DNA from: an uncultured Cytophagia bacterium
GTDB taxonomy: Bacteria; Zhuqueibacterota; Zhuqueibacteria; Residuimicrobiales; Krinioviventaceae
Assembly (NCBI GenBank): GCA_964399735.1
Contig: CAYNSO010000008.1
Location: 2,150 to 66,149 of the forward strand
Reading direction: 5' to 3'
Length of the DNA stretch: 64,000 nt
Of this stretch, positions 29,077-40,475 are shown in pieces; position 1 is the stretch's first letter, and each line of letters opens with the position of its first letter. Below the pieces are notes generated by a model. That model made no database searches and was not told the origin of the DNA. It saw only the letters and a list, made by a program, of their open reading frames with translations. The position numbers were made by a program, and so were the translations under genes.

Positions 29077-29377
29077 AATAGAAAGAATGAAAAAGACGAT
29101 AACCCATGGCGCTCTTGGCGGTTTGGCAGGATTTATTGCCGAACGCGGTCTTGAAGCCGCTACCGGTATAGATTTTGTGAATGGTGTGTTTGAGATAGCC
29201 GGCGCTTCGCTCGGCATTGTGAATGCTAACAGAGATTTGATCCAGATTGCTTATGACAGCGTGGTAAAAGTAACCGGTAAAGAACCCAAAGACTTGACCA
29301 ACCAGGAATGGGATCAGGTGCGGGAGAAATATCCCAAAGCTGTAGAATACCTGGAACGGGCTCTGGCTTTAAAATAG
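29069..29377 (+). CDS. hypothetical protein (102 aa)
   Basis: Protein-like composition; overlaps the previous ORF end. Confidence 0.4.
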   Translation: MNKIERMKKTITHGALGGLAGFIAERGLEAATGIDFVNGVFEIAGASLGIVNANRDLIQIAYDSVVKVTGKEPKDLTNQEWDQVREKYPKAVEYLERALALK

Positions 29378-29387
29378 TAACGGGCCT

Positions 29388-30038
29388 TTGGAAATGCTTT
29401 TTTCAACTGTCACTTCAGCGTTGGCGGCGGGAGCGTTAAAACTTGGTTACAAGTTAGCTGAACAGCAAAAATGGCTGCCGGGTATTTTTTATCACAAGGC
29501 AGCGCTGCAGGAAATGAAAAACGGCAATTTACGCAAGGCGGAAATGTATAATAATATAGCCCTGCAAAAAAAGTCGAAATTTGAAAATGCCTGTATAGTG
29601 CGTGAGTTGATCGCCATGCAAAAGGATGCCCGCATGGCACAACTTTTAAAATTGATTGCTACCGAAGATGATGCTATTGCCGTTTTACAGGAGAAAATTT
29701 CTCATACCAAACACGACCTGGCACGCAGCATTTGGAATGAAAAATTGCTAAAGATTATTTTGCCTTTATTCATTGTGCTGGTGAGCGGCGGACTGTTTGT
29801 TTGGATCTATTTTTTTGCCGGTTCTTCCAGGACAGTTTATTTTTACGCCCTGAGTTGGGGTATTATACTGATTGTATTGTTTATTTTGGAGCGAACAACG
29901 ATGGAAAAGTTCCGGGTAAAGCAATCAGTAACTCAACAGGAGAGAAAAGCCCGTATTGTTTCCAGTGAAAAGGAATTGTTGACCAGGTTAAAAAGGCGGG
30001 AGAATTTGTTTAGCCAGGTAGATTTGATTTTTTTATAA
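29388..30038 (+). CDS. hypothetical protein with C-terminal two-TM region
   Basis: 216 aa; soluble helical N-domain then 2 TM. Confidence 0.45.
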   Translation: MEMLFSTVTSALAAGALKLGYKLAEQQKWLPGIFYHKAALQEMKNGNLRKAEMYNNIALQKKSKFENACIVRELIAMQKDARMAQLLKLIATEDDAIAVLQEKISHTKHDLARSIWNEKLLKIILPLFIVLVSGGLFVWIYFFAGSSRTVYFYALSWGIILIVLFILERTTMEKFRVKQSVTQQERKARIVSSEKELLTRLKRRENLFSQVDLIFL

Positions 30039-30045
30039 ACACGAG

Positions 30046-30273
30046 ATGATAATGGCTGGAAAACTGCTTGATGAAATCAGAGCATTTCGGAAAGGAAAGC
30101 CATTTATTGCTATTCCCCTGATTGTGGTAGGATTATTCGGTCTGGTTCTGCCGATTATCCCTGGAATGTTGTTAATTTTGCTGGGCGTAACTTTTTTATA
30201 TCCGTCATTTTTTAAAGAAAAAATCTTGAAAAAAACCGGCGAGCGCAAAACAAACCCGGGTGATGCGGATTAA
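30046..30273 (+). CDS. small PGPGW/YbaN-like transmembrane protein
   Basis: …LPIIPGMLLILLG… two-TM hairpin. Confidence 0.45.
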   Translation: MIMAGKLLDEIRAFRKGKPFIAIPLIVVGLFGLVLPIIPGMLLILLGVTFLYPSFFKEKILKKTGERKTNPGDAD

Positions 30274-30462
30274 CTATCCCATGCTGACATGAAACTTTAC
30301 GTGTTTTGTGCATCTAATTATTAAAACACAAGAGTTGGTTATCTGGTTAGAGCAGTTGGAAATGCACCAAAAATCTGCATTAGTAATGGATCTTTTTACG
30401 AGCTACCATAGTAAACAGATCAAGAAAAGAAAAAAATATTGATCAATATAGGAGTATGATAA

Positions 30463-31137
30463 ATGATATTCGATTCGACCATGATATTGCTTGTGCCGGC
30501 TTTGATATTATCAATCTATGCCCAGTATAAAGTAAAAAGCGCATTTACGGCAATGAGTAAAGTTCGATCGGCGTCCGGGCTGACGGGCGCACAAGCTGCC
30601 AAAAGTCTGTTACAACGCAACGGCATCAACGATGTGATTGTTGAGGAGGTCAAGGGAAACTTGACGGATCATTATGATTCGCGCAGTAAAAAATTGCGAT
30701 TATCAACGGATGTATATCATTCAACATCGCTGGCGGCTCTGGGCGTTGCGGCGCACGAAACAGGCCATGCCATACAACATCATACGGCGTATACGCCTCT
30801 CAATATAAGGCAAAGTATTTTTCCAGTGGCGAATATTGGCTCCAGCTTGGGAATTCCCCTGTTTTTTATCGGTTGGATTATGAGTTTTCGGCCCCTGCTG
30901 GATATTGGCATTATTGTTTTTGCCGGCGCCGTTTTATTCCATCTTGTAACTTTGCCGGTCGAGTTTAATGCCAGCAGCCGCGCCCTGGCGCAACTAAGCA
31001 ATGGCGGTTACCTGCGCCAGGAAGAGATATCCGGTGCGCGCAAGGTGCTCAATGCCGCGGCATTAACTTATATCGCGGCTGCGGCAATGGCAATTTTGCA
31101 GTTATTGCGCCTGGTTTTATTACGTGGCCGTGATTGA
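30463..31137 (+). CDS. membrane-associated neutral zinc metallopeptidase (YpfJ-like, HExxH)
   Basis: HETGHAIQH zinc-binding motif and TM segments. Confidence 0.7.
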   Translation: MIFDSTMILLVPALILSIYAQYKVKSAFTAMSKVRSASGLTGAQAAKSLLQRNGINDVIVEEVKGNLTDHYDSRSKKLRLSTDVYHSTSLAALGVAAHETGHAIQHHTAYTPLNIRQSIFPVANIGSSLGIPLFFIGWIMSFRPLLDIGIIVFAGAVLFHLVTLPVEFNASSRALAQLSNGGYLRQEEISGARKVLNAAALTYIAAAAMAILQLLRLVLLRGRD

Positions 31138-31160
31138 CCCGGCTTTTATTGTTTGTGATG

Positions 31161-31188
31161 AAAAGGAGACCCTGGTCTCCTTTTTTGT
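31161..31188 (+). terminator. rho-independent terminator (ggagaccctggtctcc + T6)
   Basis: Perfect hairpin plus T-run. Confidence 0.8.
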
Positions 31189-31382
31189 CTGTCAAAATGA
31201 CAGATCAGAGCCTGCCACAATGAAATGAAAAAATAACCATTCTTTTTTTGCAACAATTTAATTAATTAAAAATATTGATTTTACAACAAGTGAAAACAAG
31301 TGGCATACCTCTTGCAATGTTATCTATGATAACCAGACAATTAAAAAAATGAATTCAGACAGATCAGTATGTATGAGGATTT

Positions 31383-31931
31383 ATGGATAATTGGCGCAAT
31401 GAAAATAATATGATGCAGGAAAACACCGGCGAACAGAATGAACCGGTTGAGGACGGAGCAGCGGAAAGCGTTTTTGATAAAGAACCTGTAGAACAAAAGC
31501 CGGATTATCTGGAGCAATTACAGCGGCTTCAGGCGGAATTTATTAATTACAAAAAGCGAATTGAAAAGCAGCAAAGCGAGTGGCATGACTATTCATTACG
31601 GGAAGTAATGAACGTCTTGCTGCCAATTATGGATGATTTTGAGTATCTGTTTCAGCATCATCAAAATGATAAAGAGCCCTTGCCTTATGGCGGTGTAAAA
31701 ATGATCTATAACAAGTTGAATGCCGCCCTTGAAAAGCTGGGTTTAGAGTTGATTAATGCCGAAAGAGAACAGTTTGACCCTGAATTGCATGAAGCGGTGT
31801 TGATAGAACATCATGATACCGCGGAAAATGGTGAAATATTGCAGGTATGGCAAAAAGGATATACATTTAAAGGCAAGTTATTGCGTCCGGCACGGGTTAA
31901 AGTAGCGAAAGCGAAAGACGAAAATGTTTGA
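31383..31931 (+). CDS. grpE: nucleotide exchange factor GrpE
   Basis: Coiled-coil N-terminus and GrpE C-terminal beta domain …FDPELHEAV…. Confidence 0.85.
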   Translation: MDNWRNENNMMQENTGEQNEPVEDGAAESVFDKEPVEQKPDYLEQLQRLQAEFINYKKRIEKQQSEWHDYSLREVMNVLLPIMDDFEYLFQHHQNDKEPLPYGGVKMIYNKLNAALEKLGLELINAEREQFDPELHEAVLIEHHDTAENGEILQVWQKGYTFKGKLLRPARVKVAKAKDENV

Positions 31932-32925
31932 TAAAGATTATTATAAAATTTTAGGGGTATCGGACGGCGCCAGCGAAAGCGAGATCAAGAAAGCTTATCG
32001 TGAACTGGCAAAAAAGTATCATCCCGATACCCACCCCAACGACAAAACCAATGAGAGCCGTTTTAAGGAAATTTCTGAAGCGTACAGTGTACTGGGCAAC
32101 AAGGAAAAGAAACTTAAATACGACCAGTTACGTAAATATGGAGCCGGCGGCAGTTCCTTTAGCGGCAGAGGTGGTTATGCAGGCGCCGGCGGTTTTGATT
32201 TTCAGGATATTGGCTCTATGTTTGGCGGTGGCAGAGGACGTAAAACGACTTCTTTTGAAGGTTTTGGTGATCTTTTCAGCCAGTTGTTTCGTGGCGCCGG
32301 AGAAACGGCTTCTGAAAGTCGACCGGGCAGAACCCCTGGTAATGATATCAAAACCAGCATCACAATTCCATTTGATCTGGCGATAAGCGGGGGAAAGCAT
32401 ATTGTTACGCTCCGCTATCGGGAAACTTGTCCCAAATGTCAGGGCTCGGGCAAGTTTTGCGTGGTTTGCAACGGTTCCGGTTATAGTATGAAGAGCAAGA
32501 CCATATCGGTTAACATACCTGCCGCGGTTGAAGATGGCAAAACCATACGCCTGAAAGGTTTGGGAGAGCCCTCGCCAAACGGCGGTGTAAATGGTAATTT
32601 GTTGCTTACCATAGAGGTAGAAAAGCATCCGCAATTTGAGCGCCGCGGTCTTGATTTGTACAGCAAAGCGGTAATCAATATCGTCCAGGCCGCCCTGGGT
32701 TCCAGGGTGCGGGTAAATACCTGGCAGGGCAATAGCATCGACTTGAAAATACCAGCCGGTACCAGCAGCGGCAAGCTGTTCAAACTTTCAGGTATGGGCA
32801 TTAGTCACAATGGAAAGACCGGCGACCAGTTTGTGGAAATTCAAATTGATGTGCCCCGCTCACTCGGTAAAAAGGGCAAAGACCTGTTACAGGAACTGGC
32901 CCGTGAAGAAGGATTGGATTTATAA
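31924..32925 (+). CDS. DnaJ-family co-chaperone (J domain, G/F region, half zinc finger with 2 CxxCxGxG, C-terminal domains)
   Basis: DYYKILGV…KKYHPD J-domain and CPKCQGSGKFCVVCNGSGY. Confidence 0.85.
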   Translation: MFDKDYYKILGVSDGASESEIKKAYRELAKKYHPDTHPNDKTNESRFKEISEAYSVLGNKEKKLKYDQLRKYGAGGSSFSGRGGYAGAGGFDFQDIGSMFGGGRGRKTTSFEGFGDLFSQLFRGAGETASESRPGRTPGNDIKTSITIPFDLAISGGKHIVTLRYRETCPKCQGSGKFCVVCNGSGYSMKSKTISVNIPAAVEDGKTIRLKGLGEPSPNGGVNGNLLLTIEVEKHPQFERRGLDLYSKAVINIVQAALGSRVRVNTWQGNSIDLKIPAGTSSGKLFKLSGMGISHNGKTGDQFVEIQIDVPRSLGKKGKDLLQELAREEGLDL

Positions 32926-33042
32926 GCGATGTTTTCCGATGTAATAAAAGTGGCGCGGAAAGCGGATTTTTTAAAAAATGGAACTTGAATCATAATGTGT
33001 TGTTAAAAAGAAAAAAAGTATTGATAATAGAACAGGAAAGGA

Positions 33043-34545
33043 ATGATCATGAAATCGAACAAACTGACATTATTGCTTCTTTTTGCTGTATTTATTGGCG
33101 TGATAACCGGGCTGGTCATTTCATCCAATTTTGACTGGACTTTAAAGGGTGTAGCGGCTGATAATACAGAAAATGAAATTACACTTGGCGCAACCACGCC
33201 GGTCTCTGCAGAATTGCAGGGTCTTGAGTCACTGAGCAAGGCTTTTGTGCAGGTTGCCAAAGAGGTAAGCCCATCAGTGGTTACGATCAACAGCCAGGTA
33301 GTCGTCAAGACCCGAAATCCGTTTATGGATGACGAATTTTTCCGTTACTTTTTCCGCGTGCCGGAACAGCAAGACCAGGTGCGGCGCGGTTTGGGTTCGG
33401 GCGTCATTGTCAATGCCGACGGTTATATTTTGACCAATAACCATGTCATCAAAGACGCCGACGAGATTACAGTGACCCTGGAAGACAAGGAATATGATGC
33501 CGAGATTATCGGCAAAGACCCGGAAAGCGATTTGGCAGTGATAAAAATTGACAAAAATGATTTGATCCCGGTGAAACTAGGTGATTCCGGCAATCTTGAG
33601 GTTGGCGAATGGGTGATGGCAATTGGCAATCCGTTTTCATCCGATCTGAGCAAGACCGTAACTGCCGGAATTGTCAGCGCTAAAGGCAGAACCAGTTTGA
33701 TGCGCGGTTCCGGCATAACGTATGAAGATTTTATTCAAACCGATGCGGCAATAAATCCCGGTAACAGCGGCGGCCCGCTGGTGAATCTGCGCGGCGAACT
33801 GGTCGGGATAAATACAGCAATAGTCGGTCAGGCGAATATTGGCATCGGGTTTGCCATTCCCATCAACCTGGCCAAAAATGTTATGGAGCAGTTGATCAAA
33901 GAGGGACACGTTGTGCGCGGCTGGCTGGGAGTTGTAATAACCAATCTTGATACGGATATGGCGGAAGCGTTTGGTTTAAAAGATGCCAAAGGCGCGCTTG
34001 TATCTGATATTGTAGATGATAGCCCTGCCGACAAAGCCGGCGTTAAAGAAGGTGATGTGGTGCTCAGGCTGGACAATTCAGTGATTGAAACCAGCGACCA
34101 ATTGACAATGTTGGTTGGTTCCAAAGCGCCAAACAGTAAAATAAAACTCACAGTGTGGCGGGATAATGATGAAAAAGAGATAACCGTAACCCTGGGAGAG
34201 CGCGATTTGGATAAAATAGCCGGCAAAACAAGCACAGAAACGGGCACAAAAAACAAGCTGGGTTTGGAAGTGCAAAATTTGACCCCGCAGCTTGCGCAGC
34301 GCTATGGTTATAATAATGATGAAGGTGTGCTGGTCGCTTCTGTAATTCCCGGCTCTGTGGCTGAACGGGAAGGGATACGCGAAGGATTTTTGATTGTGTC
34401 TGTAAACCGGCAGCCGGTTAAAAGTGTTAAAGATTTTAACAAGATAGTTTCTGATATGCAGCCAAACGACCTGGTATTGTTAATGCTGAAAAGCGGTGAT
34501 ACCAAATTTTTCAAAGCTTTGCGTGTTCCAAAAGAGAAACAATAA
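33043..34545 (+). CDS. DegP/HtrA (Do-family) serine protease with two PDZ domains
   Basis: Catalytic triad context …TNNHVI…, …DLAVIKI…, GNSGGPLVN. Confidence 0.9.
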   Translation: MIMKSNKLTLLLLFAVFIGVITGLVISSNFDWTLKGVAADNTENEITLGATTPVSAELQGLESLSKAFVQVAKEVSPSVVTINSQVVVKTRNPFMDDEFFRYFFRVPEQQDQVRRGLGSGVIVNADGYILTNNHVIKDADEITVTLEDKEYDAEIIGKDPESDLAVIKIDKNDLIPVKLGDSGNLEVGEWVMAIGNPFSSDLSKTVTAGIVSAKGRTSLMRGSGITYEDFIQTDAAINPGNSGGPLVNLRGELVGINTAIVGQANIGIGFAIPINLAKNVMEQLIKEGHVVRGWLGVVITNLDTDMAEAFGLKDAKGALVSDIVDDSPADKAGVKEGDVVLRLDNSVIETSDQLTMLVGSKAPNSKIKLTVWRDNDEKEITVTLGERDLDKIAGKTSTETGTKNKLGLEVQNLTPQLAQRYGYNNDEGVLVASVIPGSVAEREGIREGFLIVSVNRQPVKSVKDFNKIVSDMQPNDLVLLMLKSGDTKFFKALRVPKEKQ

Positions 34546-34561
34546 AAGGAAAAGAACAAAA

Positions 34562-34780
34562 ATGCCAACGTATGATTATAAATGTACCCGATGCGGTTAT
34601 GCTTTCGAGTCGTTGCAAAAGTTTTCAGACGAGCCGTTGCGTCAATGCCCCCACTGTAATGGTCTGGTGCAGCGTCTTATTAGCGGCGGCAGCGGCTTGA
34701 TATTCAAAGGCAAAGGGTTTTATATTACTGATTATAAAAACAAAAATACAGCAAAACCAGCCGCATCAGTAAAAAAGTAA
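34562..34780 (+). CDS. FmdB-family zinc-ribbon protein
   Basis: MPTYDYKCTRCG…CPHCNG. The track start at 34496 is rejected in favour of the ATG at 34562. Confidence 0.75.
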   Translation: MPTYDYKCTRCGYAFESLQKFSDEPLRQCPHCNGLVQRLISGGSGLIFKGKGFYITDYKNKNTAKPAASVKK

Positions 34781-34792
34781 GAAAAAACCAGC

Positions 34793-34838
34793 TGTCAATT
34801 TGACAAAATGTCTGACGAGTTGGCAGCAGGTCTTGAAA
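34793..34838 (+). promoter_or_regulatory. perfect palindrome TGTCAA-T-TTGACA (34793-34805) and sigma32-like -35 hexamer CTTGAAA (34832-34838) upstream of dnaK
   Basis: Read directly from the sequence. The -10 match is weak (tcattttc), and no CIRCE element is present. Confidence 0.3.
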
Positions 34839-35020
34839 TAAAGAATGTTTCATTTTCACAGGCGCATGCTTTTAATTTGGTATGTGCCTGTTTTATTTAG
34901 GGTTACGAAATTGATTTTTTGTGTTACTGTTGTGGCATATATGTTGCAAATAAAAGAAAATATATAATAAAAGAAATTCAGTTTTATAAAAATAAATTTT
35001 GAGATAAGGAGAAAGATTCA

Positions 35021-36937
35021 ATGGCAAAGATAATTGGCATAGACCTCGGTACGACCAATTCCTGTGTAGCAATAATGGAGGGAGGCGAACCAACAGTTAT
35101 TCAAAATTCTGAAGGAACCCGAACGACCCCTTCGGTTGTGGCTTTTAGCAAATCGGGCGAACGTCTGGTCGGCCAGGTGGCAAAGCGGCAAGCGATCACC
35201 AATCCAGAAAAGACGATCTATTCTATCAAACGATTTATGGGCCGCCGGTTTAATGAAGTGAAAACCGAAATTGAAGAAGTGCCCTACAAGGTTATAAAAG
35301 GGCAGAATGATGTGGCCAAAGTAAAGATAGATGATAAAGAATATTCACCGCAAGAAATATCGGCAATGATTTTGCAAAAGATGAAACAGACCGCAGAAGA
35401 TTACCTGGGTGAAAAAGTAACCGAAGCCGTAATCACTGTGCCGGCGTATTTTAATGACAGTCAGCGGCAGGCAACAAAAGAGGCGGGCGAGATTGCCGGT
35501 TTAAAAGTGCGAAGAATCATTAACGAGCCAACCGCAGCATCGCTGGCTTATGGTTTGGATAAAAAGAAAAGCGAAAAGATTGCGGTGTTTGATTTGGGCG
35601 GTGGTACTTTTGATGTATCCATTCTGGAACTGGGCGATGGTGTATTTGAAGTAAAATCCACCAATGGCGACACTCATTTGGGCGGCGACGATTTTGACCA
35701 GCGGGTTATCGACTGGATGGTTGATGAATTTATCAAGCTGGAAGGTGTGGATTTATCCAAAGACTCGATGGCTTTGCAGCGTTTAAAAGAGGCGGCGGAA
35801 AAAGCCAAGTGCGAGTTGTCTTCCACAACGCAAACAGAAATCAACCTGCCCTTTATCACAGCGACGGATACCGGGCCCAAGCATTTGAACATGACTCTGA
35901 CCCGCGCCAAGTTTGAGCAGTTGTGTGAAAGTTTGTTTCAACGCTGTGTTGAACCATGTAAAACCGCGTTACGCGATGCCAATCTTTCAGAAAAAGACAT
36001 AGATGAGGTTGTTTTGGTAGGCGGCTCGACCCGTATGCCCAAAGTGCAGGAAATTGTTCGCAACCTGTTTGGCAAAGAACCGCACAAGGGCGTAAACCCC
36101 GATGAAGTTGTTGCCATAGGCGCTGCGATTCAGGGCGGTGTGCTGTCTGGCGACGTGACGGATGTGTTGTTGCTGGATGTTACCCCGTTGTCGCTGGGAA
36201 TAGAAACTTTGGGCGGCGTAACCACCCGGTTGATCGAAAAGAACACCACCATTCCTACCCGCAAGTCCGAAGTGTTTTCCACGGCAGCGGACAGCCAGAC
36301 TTCAGTAGAGATCCACGTATTGCAGGGCGAACGTGAAATGGCCATCAATAATCGTACCCTCGGACGTTTTCATTTGGATGGCATTCCACCAGCCCCGCGC
36401 GGCATTCCGCAGATTGAGGTAACTTTTGATATCGACGCCAACGGTATTTTAAATGTCTCTGCAAAAGACAAGGCTACCGGCAAGGAACAGTCGATCCACA
36501 TCGAGGCTTCTACCGGTCTTTCCAAGGATGAAGTGGAAAAAATGGTGAATGAAGCCAAATCTCATGCGGCTGAAGATAAAAAGCGCCGCGAGGTGATCGA
36601 TGTGCGAAATAATGCCGATCAAATGGTTTACCAGACTGAAAAGCAGATCAAGGACAATGCCGACAAGCTGGATAATGATATAAAAACCAGGCTGGAAACA
36701 GCTCTTGGCCGTGTGAAAGAGGCTTTAAAAACCGATAATGTAGAGGAGATCAAATCGTCCGTAGAAGCTCTAAGCAAGATATGGAGCGATGCGGCGACCA
36801 AAATGTATGAAACCTCGGCTCAGCAAGCCCCTGGTTCAGCAGACGGAGGTTCAGCCCCCGGCAGTGAATCGGCTCAGGGCGGCAAGGCAGATGAAGCAGA
36901 AGAAGCCGATTTTGAAGTGGTTGATGATAAAAAGTAA
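35021..36937 (+). CDS. dnaK: molecular chaperone DnaK (Hsp70)
   Basis: IDLGTTNS and DLGGGTFD motifs. Confidence 0.98.
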   Translation: MAKIIGIDLGTTNSCVAIMEGGEPTVIQNSEGTRTTPSVVAFSKSGERLVGQVAKRQAITNPEKTIYSIKRFMGRRFNEVKTEIEEVPYKVIKGQNDVAKVKIDDKEYSPQEISAMILQKMKQTAEDYLGEKVTEAVITVPAYFNDSQRQATKEAGEIAGLKVRRIINEPTAASLAYGLDKKKSEKIAVFDLGGGTFDVSILELGDGVFEVKSTNGDTHLGGDDFDQRVIDWMVDEFIKLEGVDLSKDSMALQRLKEAAEKAKCELSSTTQTEINLPFITATDTGPKHLNMTLTRAKFEQLCESLFQRCVEPCKTALRDANLSEKDIDEVVLVGGSTRMPKVQEIVRNLFGKEPHKGVNPDEVVAIGAAIQGGVLSGDVTDVLLLDVTPLSLGIETLGGVTTRLIEKNTTIPTRKSEVFSTAADSQTSVEIHVLQGEREMAINNRTLGRFHLDGIPPAPRGIPQIEVTFDIDANGILNVSAKDKATGKEQSIHIEASTGLSKDEVEKMVNEAKSHAAEDKKRREVIDVRNNADQMVYQTEKQIKDNADKLDNDIKTRLETALGRVKEALKTDNVEEIKSSVEALSKIWSDAATKMYETSAQQAPGSADGGSAPGSESAQGGKADEAEEADFEVVDDKK

Positions 36938-36963
36938 AAAAGTGGTAAAATAGTGTACTGATA

Positions 36964-36998
36964 AAAGGCGAGGATTTTTTAACATCCTCGCCTTTGCT
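36964..36998 (+). terminator. terminator hairpin aaaggcgaggat-tttttaac-atcctcgccttt
   Basis: 12-bp perfect stem after the dnaK stop. Confidence 0.65.
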
Positions 36999-37084
36999 CG
37001 ATATAGTAGTCAACAGGATAATAATAAACAACTTTAGTTAAAAAGCCGGAATTAATAATCTTTACGGCAAGGCAGGAAAGAAAT

Positions 37085-39688
37085 ATGTTGTCTTTTGATA
37101 AATTAACAATTAAAGCGCAGGAAGCGCTGGGCCGGGCGCAGAAAATAGCCTCGGAGAATAACCATCAGCAAATCGATCCGGTGCATTTGTTAAAAGGGAT
37201 ACTGGAGCCGCGGGAAAGTATTGCCCGTGAGTTGTTGAACAAGGCCGGCATTGAGCCAGCGCTGGTTTTGGAGCGAGCGGATGAACATCTTGCCAAATTG
37301 CCGCGGGTAACGGGAGGCGTCGGACAAATCCATTTTGCTAACGCCACCAATGTTTTGTTTGATACCGCACAGCGCGAAGCTAACCGGCTGCACGATGAAT
37401 TTGTCAGTATTGAACATATTTTTTCAGGTCTGGTTGAGGACAAGTCCGGAACCGGCAAGCTGCTAAAAGATTCGGGTTTGACCTCTGATCTGTTGTTAAA
37501 GGTATTGCAGCAAGTGCGCGGCAGCCAGCGGGTTACCGATCAAAACCCGGAAGGGAAATACCAGGCTTTAAAGCGTTATGCGCGTGATTTAAATGAACTG
37601 GCGCGTCGAGACAAGCTGGATCCGGTAATCGGTCGTGATGAAGAGATACGCCGGGTATTGCAGGTTTTGTCGCGGCGCACCAAAAACAATCCCGTTTTGA
37701 TCGGCGAACCGGGAGTTGGTAAAACCGCCATAGCGGAAGGCATTGCACAGCGCATTGTTCAGGGTGATGTGCCGGAAAATTTAAAAACCAAAAAGATATT
37801 GTCGCTCGACCTGGGAGCGCTCATTGCCGGGGCAAAATTTCGCGGTGAATTTGAAGATCGCCTTAAAGCGGTGTTGCAGGAAATTGGCGAGGCAAATGGC
37901 GAGATCATTTTATTTATAGATGAATTGCATACCCTGGTGGGCGCCGGAGCCGCCGAGGGCGCAATGGACGCATCCAATATGCTTAAACCGGCCCTGGCGC
38001 GGGGTGAATTGCGCTGTATTGGGGCCACTACTTTGGATGAATACCAAAAGCACATCGAAAAAGACGCTGCTCTGGAACGGCGGTTTCAGCAAATTTATGT
38101 CAACCAGCCAACGCTCGAAGATACCATATCCATTTTGCGGGGTCTGAAAGAAAAGTACGAGGTGCATCATGGCGTGCGAATACAGGATGGCGCTTTGATA
38201 GCCGCTGCCAACCTGTCGGAACGTTATATAACCGAGCGGTTTTTGCCGGATAAAGCCATTGATTTGATCGATGAAGCTGCGGCAAAACTGCGTATCGAGA
38301 TCGACAGTATGCCGGAAGACCTGGAAAAAGTGGAACGCAAACTGAAACAACTGGAAATAGAACGGCAGGCATTAAAGAAAGAAAAAGACGATGCTTCCAA
38401 ACAGCGAATGGAGCAGGTGAGTGAAGAGATTGCCCGGCTTGGTCAGGAGCAGGCCGAACTGCGCAGCCACTGGGCGCAGGAGCGGACGATTATTGCAGAA
38501 ATTCGTTCTTTAAAAGAACAGATCGAATCAGCCAGGGCCGATTCCGCCAAAGCGGAACGCGAGGGCGATTTGGCCAAAGCTGCCGAATTCAAGTATGGCC
38601 GCATAGTAGAACTGGAAAAACATCTGGACGCCGCCAACCAAAAGCTGGTTGCATTACAGCATGACCGCAAAATGTTAAAGGAAGAGGTTGATGAAGAAGA
38701 TGTTGCCGAGGTTGTAGCAAAATGGACCGGCATTCCGGTGAGCCGGATGCTGGAAAGTGAAAAAGAAAAGCTGCTGCATATAGAGGAACGCATTCATCAA
38801 AGGCTGGTCAATCAAACGGAGGCGGTTTCGGCTGTGGCCAATGCCATACGGCGGTCGCGCGCCGGCCTGCAGGATGCCTCGCGGCCTATCGGTTCGTTTA
38901 TTTTTCTCGGTTCCACCGGCGTAGGCAAGACCGAACTGGCGCGGGCTTTGGCAGAATATTTATTCGACAATGAACAGGCGTTGGTACGCATCGACATGTC
39001 TGAATACATGGAGCGGCATTCCGTATCGCGGTTGATCGGTGCGCCTCCAGGCTATGTCGGCTATGACGAAGGCGGCCAGCTAACCGAAGCAGTACGCCGG
39101 CGGCCCTATTCGGTGGTGTTGCTGGATGAAATTGAAAAAGCGCATGCCGAAGTGTTTAATGTATTGTTGCAGGTTCTTGATGACGGGCGCTTGACGGATA
39201 ACAAAGGTCGTACGGTGAATTTTAAGAATACGATTATTATTATGACTTCTAATATTGGCGCGCAATATATTATGGAAAAATCAGCGCTGATGCATGATAC
39301 GAACCGGCAAGCAATCCACGAAGATGTTACTGAACATATTTACGGTTTGTTAAAGGCGCAGCTGCGTCCGGAATTTTTGAACCGGATTGATGATGTTATT
39401 GTGTTCCATGCCCTGACCAAAGACGATATGAAAAAGATCATGGCCCTGCAAATGAAAAATGTTGATGCCTTGTTAAAGGTGAATGATATGCACATTCGTT
39501 TGACGCCGGAGGCTGAAAATTTTCTATCGGCGCATGGATATGATGCGGGGTTTGGAGCTCGTCCGTTGAAGCGGTTGATACAAAAAGCGCTGGTCAATCC
39601 CCTGGCAATAAAATTGATCGAGGGCGTTTACAAGCCCGGCGATACAATAAGTGTTGTGGTAAGGGAGAATTCTCTTGATTTTGAGTGA
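37085..39688 (+). CDS. clpB: ATP-dependent chaperone ClpB
   Basis: Two AAA+ modules (GEPGVGKT; GSTGVGKT) and a long coiled-coil M-domain. Confidence 0.96.
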   Translation: MLSFDKLTIKAQEALGRAQKIASENNHQQIDPVHLLKGILEPRESIARELLNKAGIEPALVLERADEHLAKLPRVTGGVGQIHFANATNVLFDTAQREANRLHDEFVSIEHIFSGLVEDKSGTGKLLKDSGLTSDLLLKVLQQVRGSQRVTDQNPEGKYQALKRYARDLNELARRDKLDPVIGRDEEIRRVLQVLSRRTKNNPVLIGEPGVGKTAIAEGIAQRIVQGDVPENLKTKKILSLDLGALIAGAKFRGEFEDRLKAVLQEIGEANGEIILFIDELHTLVGAGAAEGAMDASNMLKPALARGELRCIGATTLDEYQKHIEKDAALERRFQQIYVNQPTLEDTISILRGLKEKYEVHHGVRIQDGALIAAANLSERYITERFLPDKAIDLIDEAAAKLRIEIDSMPEDLEKVERKLKQLEIERQALKKEKDDASKQRMEQVSEEIARLGQEQAELRSHWAQERTIIAEIRSLKEQIESARADSAKAEREGDLAKAAEFKYGRIVELEKHLDAANQKLVALQHDRKMLKEEVDEEDVAEVVAKWTGIPVSRMLESEKEKLLHIEERIHQRLVNQTEAVSAVANAIRRSRAGLQDASRPIGSFIFLGSTGVGKTELARALAEYLFDNEQALVRIDMSEYMERHSVSRLIGAPPGYVGYDEGGQLTEAVRRRPYSVVLLDEIEKAHAEVFNVLLQVLDDGRLTDNKGRTVNFKNTIIIMTSNIGAQYIMEKSALMHDTNRQAIHEDVTEHIYGLLKAQLRPEFLNRIDDVIVFHALTKDDMKKIMALQMKNVDALLKVNDMHIRLTPEAENFLSAHGYDAGFGARPLKRLIQKALVNPLAIKLIEGVYKPGDTISVVVRENSLDFE

Positions 39689-39771
39689 AAAAGTAGATAC
39701 ATTTTTTATTCAAACGGGAACTTAAATAATGTAAGGCAGTTGAATAATAGAAAATTCAGGAGGTTGTTTAC

Positions 39772-40272
39772 ATGAAAAAATGGTTCGGTTTTGGTATTGC
39801 TTTACTAGCTGTAACATTACTAGTTGGCTGCGGTGAAAAGTTAACTGAAGAACAATTACGCGCCAAAGCGCTTGATTATGAAAACAAGGAACAATGGGAT
39901 CAGGTAATTAAGGTTTTTGAACAGCTGGTTAAAAAGTTCCCCAATTCTCCCAAATCAGATCAAAACCTTTACCAATTGGGCGGGTTGTATGCAAGTAATT
40001 CCAAAAATTTTACTAAATCAATTGAAGCATACAGAACATTAATTGAAAAATATCCAGAAAGCCAATTGGTCATTCAGGCTCAATTTATGATCGGCTACCG
40101 CTATGCGAACGATCTTAACGACCTGGAAAAAGCCAAAGAAGCTTATAATGAGTTTTTATCCAAATATCCTGAACATGAGTTGGCTCCTTCCGTGCAATGG
40201 GAAATGGATCATTTGGGCAAGGATATCAGCGAGATAGAATTGAATTTCGGCAAAGAAGCAGACAAGGAATAA
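39772..40272 (+). CDS. TPR-repeat lipoprotein
   Basis: Lipobox LLVGC and TPR-like helices. Confidence 0.6.
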   Translation: MKKWFGFGIALLAVTLLVGCGEKLTEEQLRAKALDYENKEQWDQVIKVFEQLVKKFPNSPKSDQNLYQLGGLYASNSKNFTKSIEAYRTLIEKYPESQLVIQAQFMIGYRYANDLNDLEKAKEAYNEFLSKYPEHELAPSVQWEMDHLGKDISEIELNFGKEADKE

Positions 40273-40475
40273 TTTCTTTATTCCGGGGGGCAGGAATTTC
40301 ATGATGAATGATTCCTGTGATTTTTGTAACAGAATTGTGAATAATCCGTCTGGTTTTAAAATTAGAAAAAATCAAAGCCGATAGATTTGGTGAAACATCA
40401 ACCACAAATCGGCTTTGTTATGAAAAGACGTAATAATTAACAAAAGATGAAAAATTTAAAAAATGTGGTGAATCA

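Noticed and set aside
31190-31382. CIRCE/HrcA operator upstream of grpE
   Set aside because: No TTAGCACTC-N9-GAGTGCTAA-like inverted repeat is present.
37165-39597. Numerous 60-146-aa antisense or out-of-frame ORFs inside clpB, with similar ones inside dnaK, purL and others
   Set aside because: They are nested within strongly supported conserved genes and have atypical composition.
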